A stretch of DNA of 64,000 nt. It comes from Eledone cirrhosa (taxonomy: Eukaryota). The position numbers and the translations under genes were made by a program. The notes under the pieces were generated by a model. The model was not told where the DNA came from. It ran no database searches and saw only the letters and a list, made by a program, of their open reading frames with translations. Where the stretch lies: positions 158,038,001 through 158,102,000 of the forward strand of contig OZ024743.1 in NCBI GenBank assembly GCA_964016885.1, written 5' to 3'. The stretch's first letter is position 1. Each line of letters begins with the position of its first letter. This document shows positions 51,780 to 62,559 of the stretch, one piece after another.

Positions 51780-52450
51780 TCCCTTGTGACTTATGTAATG
51801 ACCCTCCATATCTCTACAGGGTCCAAAAATGATATACCAGTACCGAGTACATTCATAAGTTGAAGAAGGGGAAATTAATTAATTACCGTATTTCCCAGCA
51901 CCGAAGACACTTCGTCCTAGAGGATGGACCCTAATGTTGACAACCAAAAATTTGAAGAAAAAAATAGTAATCATCCTTCGACCTCCAGGAAGCATGGTTG
52001 ATTTTTTAGACTTATTTTAGGAAAAAAGTAGCGTCTTCGACGCCGGGAAATACTGTAATTAATTAATTCTAAGAACTGGCTTACTGCAACAATAACACCG
52101 ATTTCTCTGGCCATCGCCAAATCAAATATATTCTCTATTCTCTGTTTGTGTTTGTTGTAATTCCTTTTATTGATTAACTAATTAGGCAATCTACACCTAA
52201 TGATGACACCTGGATCTTATGTAACCAGGCCATTGAAGTATATATAGTGTTTTTTGCAACAATAAAACTTTAAAGGGAGATTTCCAGTCTGGCTTTCTGA
52301 TGTTTTAATTAAATAAATATTTAACTCCATTCCTACACCAGCTACTGCATTCAACATCTACATAGAGTGCTTTTCTTACTATTACATCATAGTTAACTAA
52401 ACAGAATGATAAGTTCGACACTTTGCTGAACCACACAACATAAATGAAAT
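51780..52450 (+). mobile_element. Decayed PLE 3' end with degenerate hammerhead (52193-52250)
   Basis: CDLC remnant; ACAC-CUAAUGA-..CCUGG/CCAGG..-GAAG-UAUAUA-UA-GUGU (two core mutations); downstream TAACTCC...GAGTGCT. Confidence 0.55.
51886..52055. mobile_element. Tc1/mariner-superfamily (pogo/Tc2-like) MITE, 170 bp
   Basis: TIRs CCGTATTTCCCAGCACCGAAGACAC / GCGTCTTCGACGCCGGGAAATACTG with TA on both sides. Confidence 0.85.
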
Positions 52451-52460
52451 ATATATATAT

Positions 52461-53080
52461 ATAAACGGAAAAAATAAAACGAAATTTCATTTCCCACTCT
52501 TAGTACGGCTGTTACTTAAATATAAGTATGTACACGTACATACATATATGTATACAGACGTACAGTAGTATGTATAAATATATACATAAATGCACACATA
52601 TATATATATGTACGTATGGATTCACCGAACATTTATTATAATGCTCGGTGTGTTTGTAAACAAAGATCCCGTATTAAGCCGTAGTGTCTAGCAACCATCG
52701 TTGCTCGTTTGTTCAACATTGACAAAGTAACGCTGTACTAGTTTAAAGCTTATTAGCTATCGTCAGCAACGTATACCTTCCTGCCAGATTGTTGAACGTA
52801 TATACTTACCTTATGCATATTAACGGCTGAGTAGCCCAATTTGCATATCGAGTGGGTTAATCGGTTGGGTGCACCGAAAACGATAAACGGAAAAAATGAA
52901 ACGAAATTTCATTTCCCACTCTTAGTACGGCTGTTACTTAAATATAAGTATGTACACGTACATACATATATGTATACAGACGTACAGTAGTATGTATATA
53001 TATATATACATACATGCACACATATATATATGTACGTATGGATTCACCGAACATTTATTATAATGCTCGGTGTGTTTGTA
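52461..53080 (-). mobile_element. About 1.5 tandem copies of a 422-bp hammerhead-containing unit (retrozyme-like)
   Basis: 52461-52658 is repeated at 52883-53080. Non-coding, flanked by (TA)n, HHR motif in the unique part. Confidence 0.7.
52730..52772 (-). ncRNA. Minimal type I hammerhead with a G12>U change
   Basis: ACGUUG-CUGACGA-UAGC UAAUAA GCUU-UAAA-CUAG-UA-CAGCGU: 6-bp helix I and palindromic loop CUAG, with GAAA mutated to UAAA. Confidence 0.65.
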
Positions 53081-53095
53081 TATATATATATATAC

Positions 53096-53366
53096 ACTGT
53101 AAAGGGGTCATGTAGGTGTCACGACAAAAGGCCCCCAGTCCACAATGTAAAGTGGCCATGTAGGAGACACGGCAAAAACCACACAGCACACACTGCAAAG
53201 ATGGTTGGCATTAGGAAGGGCATCCAGCCATAGAAAACCAGCCAGAAACAGTCCTATACGAGTGAGACATGGTCACCCGACCAAACTTGCCTTAAATGGG
53301 ATAAACCTGCTTAACACATGCTATAGTGGAAAATAGACGTTAAATGATGATGATGATGATGATGAT
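53096..53366 (+). mobile_element. RTE 3' end fragment
   Basis: 3'UTR plus (GAT)n tail. Confidence 0.8.
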
Positions 53367-53989
53367 TGTTAAACAAGCCATCTCTACAATTTCATGTTTG
53401 ACAACCATCTGAAAAGTGTCACTCCTCTCTAAGATTCATGAACCCAGATATGATTCTCTAGTGAGCAACACTCTTTGTTGCATATCAGGCAATGGCTGTC
53501 AATTACATTTACTACAACAATATTAGGTCTTTTAATATTCTTTCATTTTATGCATATAGCCTTTAGCAAGCCAGAAACAAATTCATCTCCACATGTTACA
53601 TGTATATTGATTAATGTCATAAGGTGGAACAGCTTGTTCTCCCTTTCAAATAAAATACACTTGTCCAATGAGAACTGGTTCTTTGTTAGGCAGGAACTTT
53701 AGGAGTCATTATACCCAAGATGTGGCTTTGAGGCATTGTATTTGCTATCCTGTGGTTCTTTATTATAACATTTACTTTAGGAAACATCATTTATCCATAT
53801 AAAAAAGATGACCAAACCAACATCAATAGTTTTTATGATCTAAGATTTGACACTCAATAGATTTGCTCTTTCAAGAACTTCAGTGTTTGGAGTGTATGAT
53901 CTCTAATCAATACGAATAAGTCACAGACATCTCTGATAAGAGCATTACAGTAATTTGAGCTAGTATTTATAGTTGATCCATGTTCATTG

Positions 53990-54690
53990 ACATCACTACA
54001 GCATTTGATACCATTAACAGCGAGATGCTATGGAAGATTTTATTAAAACTGGATTTCCCCGAGAAATTTTTGCTCTCATGCATACTCTGCATGATGGCAT
54101 GAAAACAAGGGTTAATGTTATTGATTCTTTTTCTAAAATATTCTCTGTAAAAAAAAATGGAGTAAAGCATGTAGATGTTGTTGGACCTACTCTGTTCACA
54201 GTATATTTTACTGTAGTATTTCAAAGATAGCTCAGATGATAGTATAGACCTGTGCCTTCATCAAAAGTCTCAACTGCTCTGCTTAGAGATCTCTTATATG
54301 CATATGACTGTGATGTGGTGACAAATTGACAAATACAGAGATTCAAGTGCAGCTTTTCACAGATCACTTCTCCAATGCTTCCAAGGCCCTTGGACTTGAA
54401 ATAAGCCCCAATAAGACTGTAATCATATATCAACCCACCCATAACTGAACATATGAAGCCCTTTGCCAAAATTGATAGGAAACCATTGCAGTCTTTCATG
54501 TACCTGGGCAGTACTTACAAAGAGTAGAGGCTACAACAATGAAATTTCTTTCGTTGAAAAAGCATCACCATCCTTCTCTGACCTTGAAAAGTGACTTTGG
54601 TTCAAATTTGGCATAAAAATTATGGTGGTAATCTCTGTATATTGAGCATACATTATGACAGCTTCTCTATATGCCTGTAAAGCATATGTC
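53990..54690 (+). mobile_element. Old BovB-like RTE RT fragment
   Basis: LHDGMKTRV...NGVK...PTLFTVYF and LLYAYD (YADD-like). Confidence 0.65.
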
Positions 54691-55544
54691 ATCTATATAT
54701 CATCATCATCATCATTTAACATCGATTTTCATTGCTACCAAGGGTTGGACAAGTTTTCACTAACTAAATCAGTACTCAAATAGAACTACTGACCTTTCAG
54801 ATGGGCTGGGGGCCTGCATCATGCTTACATATGATTCCATGCTCTACCAAGTACTAGGAAGGTTATGTCTTTGATACAACTGAAGGGTCTTGCCAACCCT
54901 TTGTATGGTAGATTTTCTATGACTGGATATCCTTCCTATCACCAAACCCTTTACAGAGTGTACTGGGTACATTTATTGTGTAGATCATCAACACTAGAGA
55001 GGCTGTCACATCTTTGACACTACTGAAAAGTCCTCTCAACCCTTTGCCTAGCAAGCTTTCTATAGCTGGACGCCCTTCATATCACCAACCACTTTACAGT
55101 ATGTACTGATTGAAAAATTATGTAGCTCACCATCACTAGAGAGGTTGTCATGCTGTTAACACAATTGAAGGATCTTCTCAACACTTTTTGATATGGTTTC
55201 TATAGCAAGATGCCTTTTCTATTGTTAGCCACCTTGCATGGTATACTGAGTGCATTTTCATGGCACCAGCACTAGAGTCTCTCAACTGAAGAAAAGAGAA
55301 AGAAGATATGTGTGATGTTATGTGTGTATGACAAGTGTGGTGGGATTTGACAGGGTGATGAGTATGGGGGGGGGGCTGACCACCATGCAATGTAATGATG
55401 GTGAGAACAGCCAGTAAGTAGTGATAGTGAAGGGAACATAGTTGGGAGGAGGTATTCCCCAGGTGTGTCATGATTTAGGTGGAAGGCGTATGGTGAAAGA
55501 TTGTATCAGGAGGATGGGGAGGCAACTAACCAACAAGTTAATGT

Positions 55545-55810
55545 GGGAGGGAAGAATTTTCATCCATTCTGGAATTAGAAGTCATGGAAGCTTTGAATAG
55601 GATGCCTAACGATAAGGCTGCTGGTATCGGTGACCTGCCTGCAGAGCCTTTAAAGACAGACAACGAAGCAATGATTAAGATATTGTGCCGACTATGCAAT
55701 AGAAATGTAGAAATAGGTGAGTGGCTTGCTAATTGGAAGAAGGCAGTTTTTATTCCCATACCAAAGACTGTTGGAACAACGAAATATACAGAGCCTCATA
55801 CGATCTTTAG
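55545..55810 (+). mobile_element. RTE/BovB-like RT N-terminal fragment
   Basis: EVMEALNRMPNDKAAGIGDLPAE...WKKAVFIPIPK. Confidence 0.7.
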
Positions 55811-56730
55811 TGGAGATGTATAATGGAATTACATTTTGAGCAAAGTCCTTCTGAGTGAAAAACAATTTTTTATGTTTAGAGTAGCATTGCTACCCCAAAC
55901 ATTTAAATCTCTCTTCCTCTCTCTCTCTCTCTCTCTCTGCCTCTCTCCCTTCCTCTCTCCCTCTCCCCCTCTCTCTCCCATTCTCTCTCTCACTCTCTCT
56001 TTCTCTCTCTTTCTGAAAAAAATGCTTTTACTTAAAAAATATCAATTACATCTTCCCATGATATGCAAACTTATCCAAATTTACAAACATAACTAATTAA
56101 CTAATTACAACCTACACTGACACCACAGATATACTTTCTTGTTAATGGAATCACCAAAATAGAAATGAAATTCTTCATGGATATCTCAAAATTTGGCTAA
56201 CTTTAAAGAACATGATATCTCTCAACCTCCATACTACTACTAGAACAAAATTACAGGAACTTAAGAGTGTAATACATGTTTATCAGATTCTCTGCAAGGT
56301 TCGATTATTTTTCTTATTCTTTTACTTTTCCCCAACTTTCTTTCTTTATCACTCCCTTCTCCTCCCCTTACTTACTTTATGCTAGTTTCCATTATTTTCT
56401 TGTCTTTCTATTTTACTATTTATTATTATAATTTCTCAGTTGGTTAGTTTAACAACCAGATAGTTGTTTATTTGTTGATTGTCAAAGTTCTTTCATCGCA
56501 CATTCTGTGACCTCCTCAGTGACTGTTTTTGTTGTTACTTTGTGTCTCTCCTTTGTTCTGCTTTACATCATCTTGTTTTTTGTCTGTGCTATCATTGATA
56601 CTTTTGTTTTGTAATTTCTTTCTCTTTTTCTGTCTGTGTATATATTTATATCATATATATATATATATATGATATATATATGCATAGTTATCTATCTCAT
56701 ATCTTTCTATCTGATTATCCATGTCTCAGC

Positions 56731-56733
<3 letters not shown>

Positions 56734-56814
<81 letters not shown>

Positions 56815-57400
56815 ATCCCTCTTTTACCATTCACAGTTGAGCATAACCATTTTATTCAGTTTCATATTTCCAGTAGCAAAATGGTAAGGAATACACTGAA
56901 CACAATAATTTCATTATATTATATGTTTAATTCTTCATCTTTTTCCTGCTTTCTCTTTTCTTTCTTCAAATCGTGTTTTTGATTTTAGTTTCCTTGCGTT
57001 TTCATTTTTCTAAACATTTTTTTTATTGCTTTCGTGTTCATTTTTCTTTCTTTATTTCCATCTGTATTTTCTTTCATTCATTTATTCATTCATTCATTCA
57101 TTCATTCATTCATTCATTCATTCATTCATTCATTCTTGTGTATTTCATACTTTCCATCTTTTTGTTGTTGTTTTGTTTATTTATTTATTTATTTATCAAT
57201 GCCTTCATTCATCTTTCTTTTCTTACACACCCTGACATAGTAGTTCTTACAATCAATTTTTGTTCTATTGTTTTTTTTTAATTCCCCTTTCCCCTCCTTG
57301 TAGCTTCTAGTTTCTTTATTCTTAGATTCTTCCTTCTTCCTTCCTTGCTTCCTTCCTTCCTTCCTTCCTTCCTTCCTTCCTTCCTTCCTTCTTCCTCTTC
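56734..57400. repeat. Microsatellite cluster: (CT)n, (TTCA)n, (TTCC)n
   Basis: Direct reading at 56734-56810, 57076-57135 and 57330-57392. Confidence 0.9.
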
Positions 57401-57951
57401 TTTCCTTTTTTCTCTGCATCTTCATTCAATTCACCCCCTTTCCCTATCTATCCCCCATCCAAACATATTTTATTTTATATTTGAATATTAATTTTAAATA
57501 GAAACAAAAGTATTATTTGATACTTTTGACATACGAAATAGCTTTTTTGGTTTATTTTTATTTTTTACTTATCAGATTAGGAAGGACAATGCCCATCACC
57601 TTAACCTAAAAAAAGATGACAAAAGTATAAATAATTGTTTCTAATTTTGGCACAAGGCCAGCAAATTTCAGTGGAAAGGTAAGTTACGAAATCAACGCTA
57701 GTACTTAACTGATACTTTAACCCTTTACTATTTACATTACTCTATATTGTATTTTTGTGGTAAAGGCTTTATCTTTGTTTTTGCCTTTCGTCATATTTCA
57801 TTACTTATATAAAAAAAAAAGGGCAGTTGATTGGCAGTATCGGTAGAGCGTCAAACAACATGCTTTGTGGCATAGAGTTACAGCCAATGTATACTTCAGA
57901 AATACTATATTTTTTCAACCGTTCAACAGATTGGCAGAGAAGTAAATAGTC

Positions 57952-57989
57952 CTGATGATGGGTAATGACCCAGAAACAGGTTCATTGTT
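57952..57989 (+). ncRNA. Partial hammerhead motif
   Basis: CUGAUGA-UGGGU AAUG ACCCA-GAAACA-loop-UGUU. No convincing helix I. Confidence 0.4.
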
Positions 57990-58209
57990 TCTCGATGCCA
58001 TTGTTAAACAATCAGATGACGATTGGTCATTGGCAGAGCACAGCTTTATCAGGCCGTTTGATTGCAAACAAATAAAATATTAATATTAATGTTCATATGT
58101 GTGTGTGTATATATTTATATATATGTATGTGTGTACATATGCGCGCTTACATTTATGTATCAACTGTGCTAGAGCAAGAAATAAAATTCAAATTTTATTT
58201 ATATATAAT

Positions 58210-58621
58210 GGAGGCACATGGCTTAGTGGTTGGAGCATTGGCCTTGCAATCGAAAGGTTGTGAGTTCAATTCTCAGACCAGGTGATGTGTTGTTTCCTTG
58301 AGCAAGACACTTTATTTCACATTGCTCCAGTTTACTCAGCTGTAGAAATGAGATGATAGGGACTGGGGTCCATATCATACCACTGCAAAGTGGTCGTGCA
58401 GGTGCCACGGCAAAAAAAAACACCCAGCACTCACTGTAAATGAGGTTGGAGTTAGGAAGGGCATCCAGCTGTAGAAATCAAGCCAGAATCAGTTCCCGTC
58501 CCACCCTGGCAAGCAGGGAAAAAGCGGACGTAAAATGAAAATGAAAAAAAATATATATATATATCAGTTCCCGTCCCACCCTTGCAAGCAGGGAAAAGCG
58601 GACGTAAAATGATGATGATGA

Positions 58622-58623
<2 letters not shown>
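58210..58623 (+). mobile_element. Full-length CORE-type SINE with RTE tail, plus duplicated 3' terminus
   Basis: tRNA-like head at 58210, core ccttgagcaagacacttt, RTE tail to about 58543. The last 60 bp are repeated at 58563-58623. Confidence 0.85.
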
Positions 58624-58654
<31 letters not shown>

Positions 58655-58810
58655 ACTCGCCTACAATTCCCCTCTCTTCCACTGTAAACACTTTGTATAC
58701 GCACACACACATACTAATATACGCATATGCACAAGTGTGCATATCGATGTATGTGTATATGTATATGTATATATATGTATGTATATATATAAATATATAT
58801 ATACATATAT

Positions 58811-59963
58811 ATATTATTCAAAATATTAATAAATGAAGACGTTCACATAATCAAAATATATGTTTTATTATATATATTTCGGAGGTACTGTGCTGTTTTT
58901 TCAGTACGTCCTCATCAGATAAAATATATGAATTGATGTATGACATACTTCAACAGTCTTGATGGTTCAATTCCAGTATTGGCAGCGATTTATTACAACA
59001 AACCTCAATATTTATATACACAAATAATAACATGATAAACTTAAATATGATGAAGAAGAGGATGTAGAGCGAGATATAAGTATAAGGAGGGGGTGAGTAT
59101 GAGAAAATGTAAGAAGAAATAAATAAACACATACGTACATAAATATTTAAATATTTAAATGCGTAAATATCTGTGTTAGGGAAGAAAAGGAAGAGAGAGA
59201 TAGATAGATAGAAGAGAAGAAAGAAGAAGAGAGAAAAGTTTTGATTTTTGAATTTTGTAACAAAATATTGAATATATTTATTAATTGAACTATGCTTCTG
59301 ATTATTATAGAAAATATTTTTATATTGTTTAATTTTGATATAATATATTAGTATAATTAGCTCAAACATAACCAAATACAAAAGATATTAAAAATTTCAC
59401 AGTATTTAATTGGTCGCTTCTATTTGACTTATTTGACTTAATATTTGAAAACAATGGTCACGCATCATGTCCCTTTCTTCTTTCTTTTTTTCTTTCTTTC
59501 TTTCATTCTTTCCTTTTTGCAGTTACGTCTTCCCTCTTCTCTCTCTCTCCTTCTATCTTCTCTTCTTTTTTCTCTCTCTCTCTTCCTTTTCTTCCCTAAC
59601 ACAGATATTTACGCATTTAAATATGTAAATATTTATGTACGTATGTGTTTATTTATTTCTTCTTACATTTTCTCACACTCACCCCCTCCTTATACTTATA
59701 TCTCGCTCCACATCCTCTTCTTCATCATATTTAAGTTTATCATGTTATTATTTGTGTATATAAATATTGAGATTTGTTGTAATAAATCACTGCCAATACT
59801 GGAATTGAACCATCAAGACTGTTGAGGTATGTCATACATCAATTAATATATTTATCTGATGAGGACGTACTGAAAAAACAGCACAGTACCTCCGAAATAT
59901 ATATAATAAAACATATATTTTGATTATGTGAACGTCTTCATTTATTAATATTTTGAATAATAT
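58811..59963. repeat. Large inverted repeat of a PLE-type pLTR (about 390-bp arms) carrying two hammerheads
   Basis: 58811-59200 is the reverse complement of about 59572-59963. The right arm continues to about 60055. Confidence 0.9.
59850..59911 (+). ncRNA. Type I hammerhead ribozyme (mirror copy at 58863-58924, minus)
   Basis: UUUAU-CUGAUGA-GGA C GUACUG..CAGUAC C UCC-GAAA-UAUAUA-UA-AUAAA. Confidence 0.8.
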
Positions 59964-60053
59964 TAATAACTCAACAAACTTCCTTGTAGAGTGCTTTTAA
60001 TATATTGTAGAACTATATTCATTGAGTAATCAATGAACCATAATAATCTTTGG

Positions 60054-60084
<31 letters not shown>

Positions 60085-60087
<3 letters not shown>

Positions 60088-60720
60088 CTTCAAAATATTA
60101 ATATAGACATTCATGTGATCAAATATATTTTATTATACATATTTCAGAGGTACTGAGCTATTTCATCAGTACGTCCTCATCAGATAAAATAAATTGATGT
60201 CTGACATACCTCAACTGTGCTGATGGTTCAATTCCAATCTTGGCAGTGATTAGTTATGACAAAACTCAATATTTATATACCATAAGTTGTAACATGAAAA
60301 ACTACATATAATAAAGAGTGTACGTAGGAAAATGTGTATAAAAATATATAATAATAAATATATATAAAGGCAAGTAATAAATATAAACATAAAACTACAT
60401 AACTGTTAAAAATGTAAATAATAAAATATGTATACCTCCGTATTTGTAGAAGGAGAAAATGAGAGGGGGAGAGGACTAACAGGAGGAGAGAGAGAAAAGG
60501 AAAGAGAGATGATAGTAAAACAAAAAAAAGAGAGATATGTATGGTAACATATAATTACATAAGGAGAAGGAGAATCAAGGTATATGATGCGTGACCATTT
60601 TTTTTCAAATATTAAGTTAATTAGAAATAATCATTAATTAAATAACTTGAAATTGTTAGACTATAATATTTGAAAGAACCTATATTACTGTATTATATCA
60701 AAATTAAAACAAATATAAAG
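60085..60720 (-). mobile_element. Third, more diverged copy of the same pLTR, with HHR at 60127-60190
   Basis: Reverse complement similarity to about 59320-59963; CUGAUGA-GGACGUACUGA..UCAGUACCUCU-GAAA. Confidence 0.8.
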
Positions 60721-60726
60721 TGGAAA

Positions 60727-61164
60727 CCGCGGAGTGGGGAGACCCAAGAAGACCTGGGATGAGGTGATAAAAGCCGACCTTACCCAATTACACCTCTCAA
60801 AGGCGATGACACACGACCGTTACCTCTGGCGTCACGCAGTAATACAGAGTACCCGACCTCCCATGGGTACAAGCTGAAGCGTATAGACAATATGCCCCCA
60901 CACCCTCCCACTTCAAAGTGGTCGTGGAGGTGCCACGGCAAAAAAGCACCCAGCCCACACTGTAAAGTGGACGTGTAGGCGCCACGGAAAAAAGCACCCA
61001 ACACTCACTGTAAATGAGGTTGGTGTTAGGAAGGGCATCCAGCTGTAGAAATCAAGCCAAAATCAGTTCCTGTATGAGCAAGGCATGATCAGCCGACCAG
61101 ACACTGCTCACAACAGGACAACCCGTCTAACTCATGCTAGCATGGAAGAACGGACGTAAAACAG

Positions 61165-61207
<43 letters not shown>
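60727..61207 (+). mobile_element. RTE 3' fragment
   Basis: GRPKKTWDEVIKADL, 3'UTR and long (GAT)n tail. Confidence 0.88.
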
Positions 61208-61394
61208 AAAGTGAAAAAGATAATTTAACATAACTCCAAGAGTAATCAAGAGTATATTTAAATTATTAAATATAGTCAGTAATTTAGTTCGAAAGATTAA
61301 AATTAAAAATGTTATTAACTAACCATAAAGCTTATAAATGCAGTAAATATGATATTATTAAAAAGTTTAATAATATCATAAGGTCCTCGTAAGC

Positions 61395-62511
61395 AGACGA
61401 GAAAACAAAACACAGATTCCCTCAGGAAAATGGCCTTGCTCAGTATGTAGGAAAGGTGTAGGTAGGAACTCCACCCTCTGCCCCAAATGCAAACAATGGG
61501 TACACAAGAGATATAGTGGGACCACAGGAAGCTTAACTAAGAATGTAGGCTTCACATGTAGCAGCTACGCTGGGACAGCAAGGAGCAAATGGTCTCAGGA
61601 AACAAGCACCTCCAAACTCTGGGAGAGCCCTGTAGAAACAGTAGACAGCTTCTGCTACCTAGGTGACTTAATTAGCAGTGGAGTTGGGTGTTCAGAAAGT
61701 ACAATAACTAGGGTAAGAACGGGATGGAAGAAGTTCAGGTAGCTACTGACACTGCAAGCTGCAAAAGGCTTTTCCCTGAAAATGAAAGGCAGACTGTAAG
61801 ATGCGTGTATATGAACAGCAATGTTACATGGTAGTGAGACCTGGGCGCTGTCTGTAGAAGACTTGCATAGCTTAGAAAGAAACGAAGCTTGCATGCTCCA
61901 ATGGATGTGTAATAGTAATATACGCGAACGGCAAAGCATAAACGAGTTCAGAGAGAGACTGAGCATAAGAGGAATCAAATTCTGTGTGCAGGAGAGGAGG
62001 ATGCGTTGGTATGGACATGTGATGCATATGAAGGATGACAGCTGCATAAAAAGGTGCAGAGCACTAGAAGTCGATGGAAGCCATGAAGTGGGAAGACCCA
62101 AGAAGACCTGGGATGAGGTGATAAAAGCCGACCTTACCCAATTGCACCTCCCAAAGGTGATGACACAGGACCATGACCTCTGGCGTCAAGCAGTAATACA
62201 GAAACCCGACTTCTCACGGGTACATGCCGAAGCTGAAGCACATAGACCATATGCCCCCATCCCCTCCCACTGTGAAGTGGTCGTGGAGGTGCCACGGCAT
62301 AAAAGCACCCAGACCACACTGTAAAGTGGACGTGTAGGTGCCATGAAAAAAAAGCTCCCAGCACTCACTGTAAATGAGGTTGGTGTTAGGAAGGGTATCC
62401 AGCTGTAGAAATCAAACCGGACAAGGTCAGCCGACCGGACACTGCCCACAACAGGACAACCCATCTAACCCATGCTAGCGTGGAAGAACGGACGTAAAAC
62501 GGTGATGATGA

Positions 62512-62513
<2 letters not shown>
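61395..62513 (+). mobile_element. RTE 3' fragment (PHD finger to tail)
   Basis: KWPCSVCRKGVGRNS..., MLHGSETWAL, (GAT)n tail. Confidence 0.9.

Positions 62514-62557
<44 letters not shown>

Positions 62558-62559
<2 letters not shown>

Noticed and set aside
52802-52811. ATACTTACCT, matching the U1 snRNA 5' end, near an octamer motif
   Set aside because: The match stops after 10 nt with no U1 stem-loops or Sm site. It is better read as a donor-like sequence on the minus strand.
58950-59825. Two near-identical hydrophobic ORFs on opposite strands
   Set aside because: By-product of the AT-rich inverted repeat; low-complexity with no domain.
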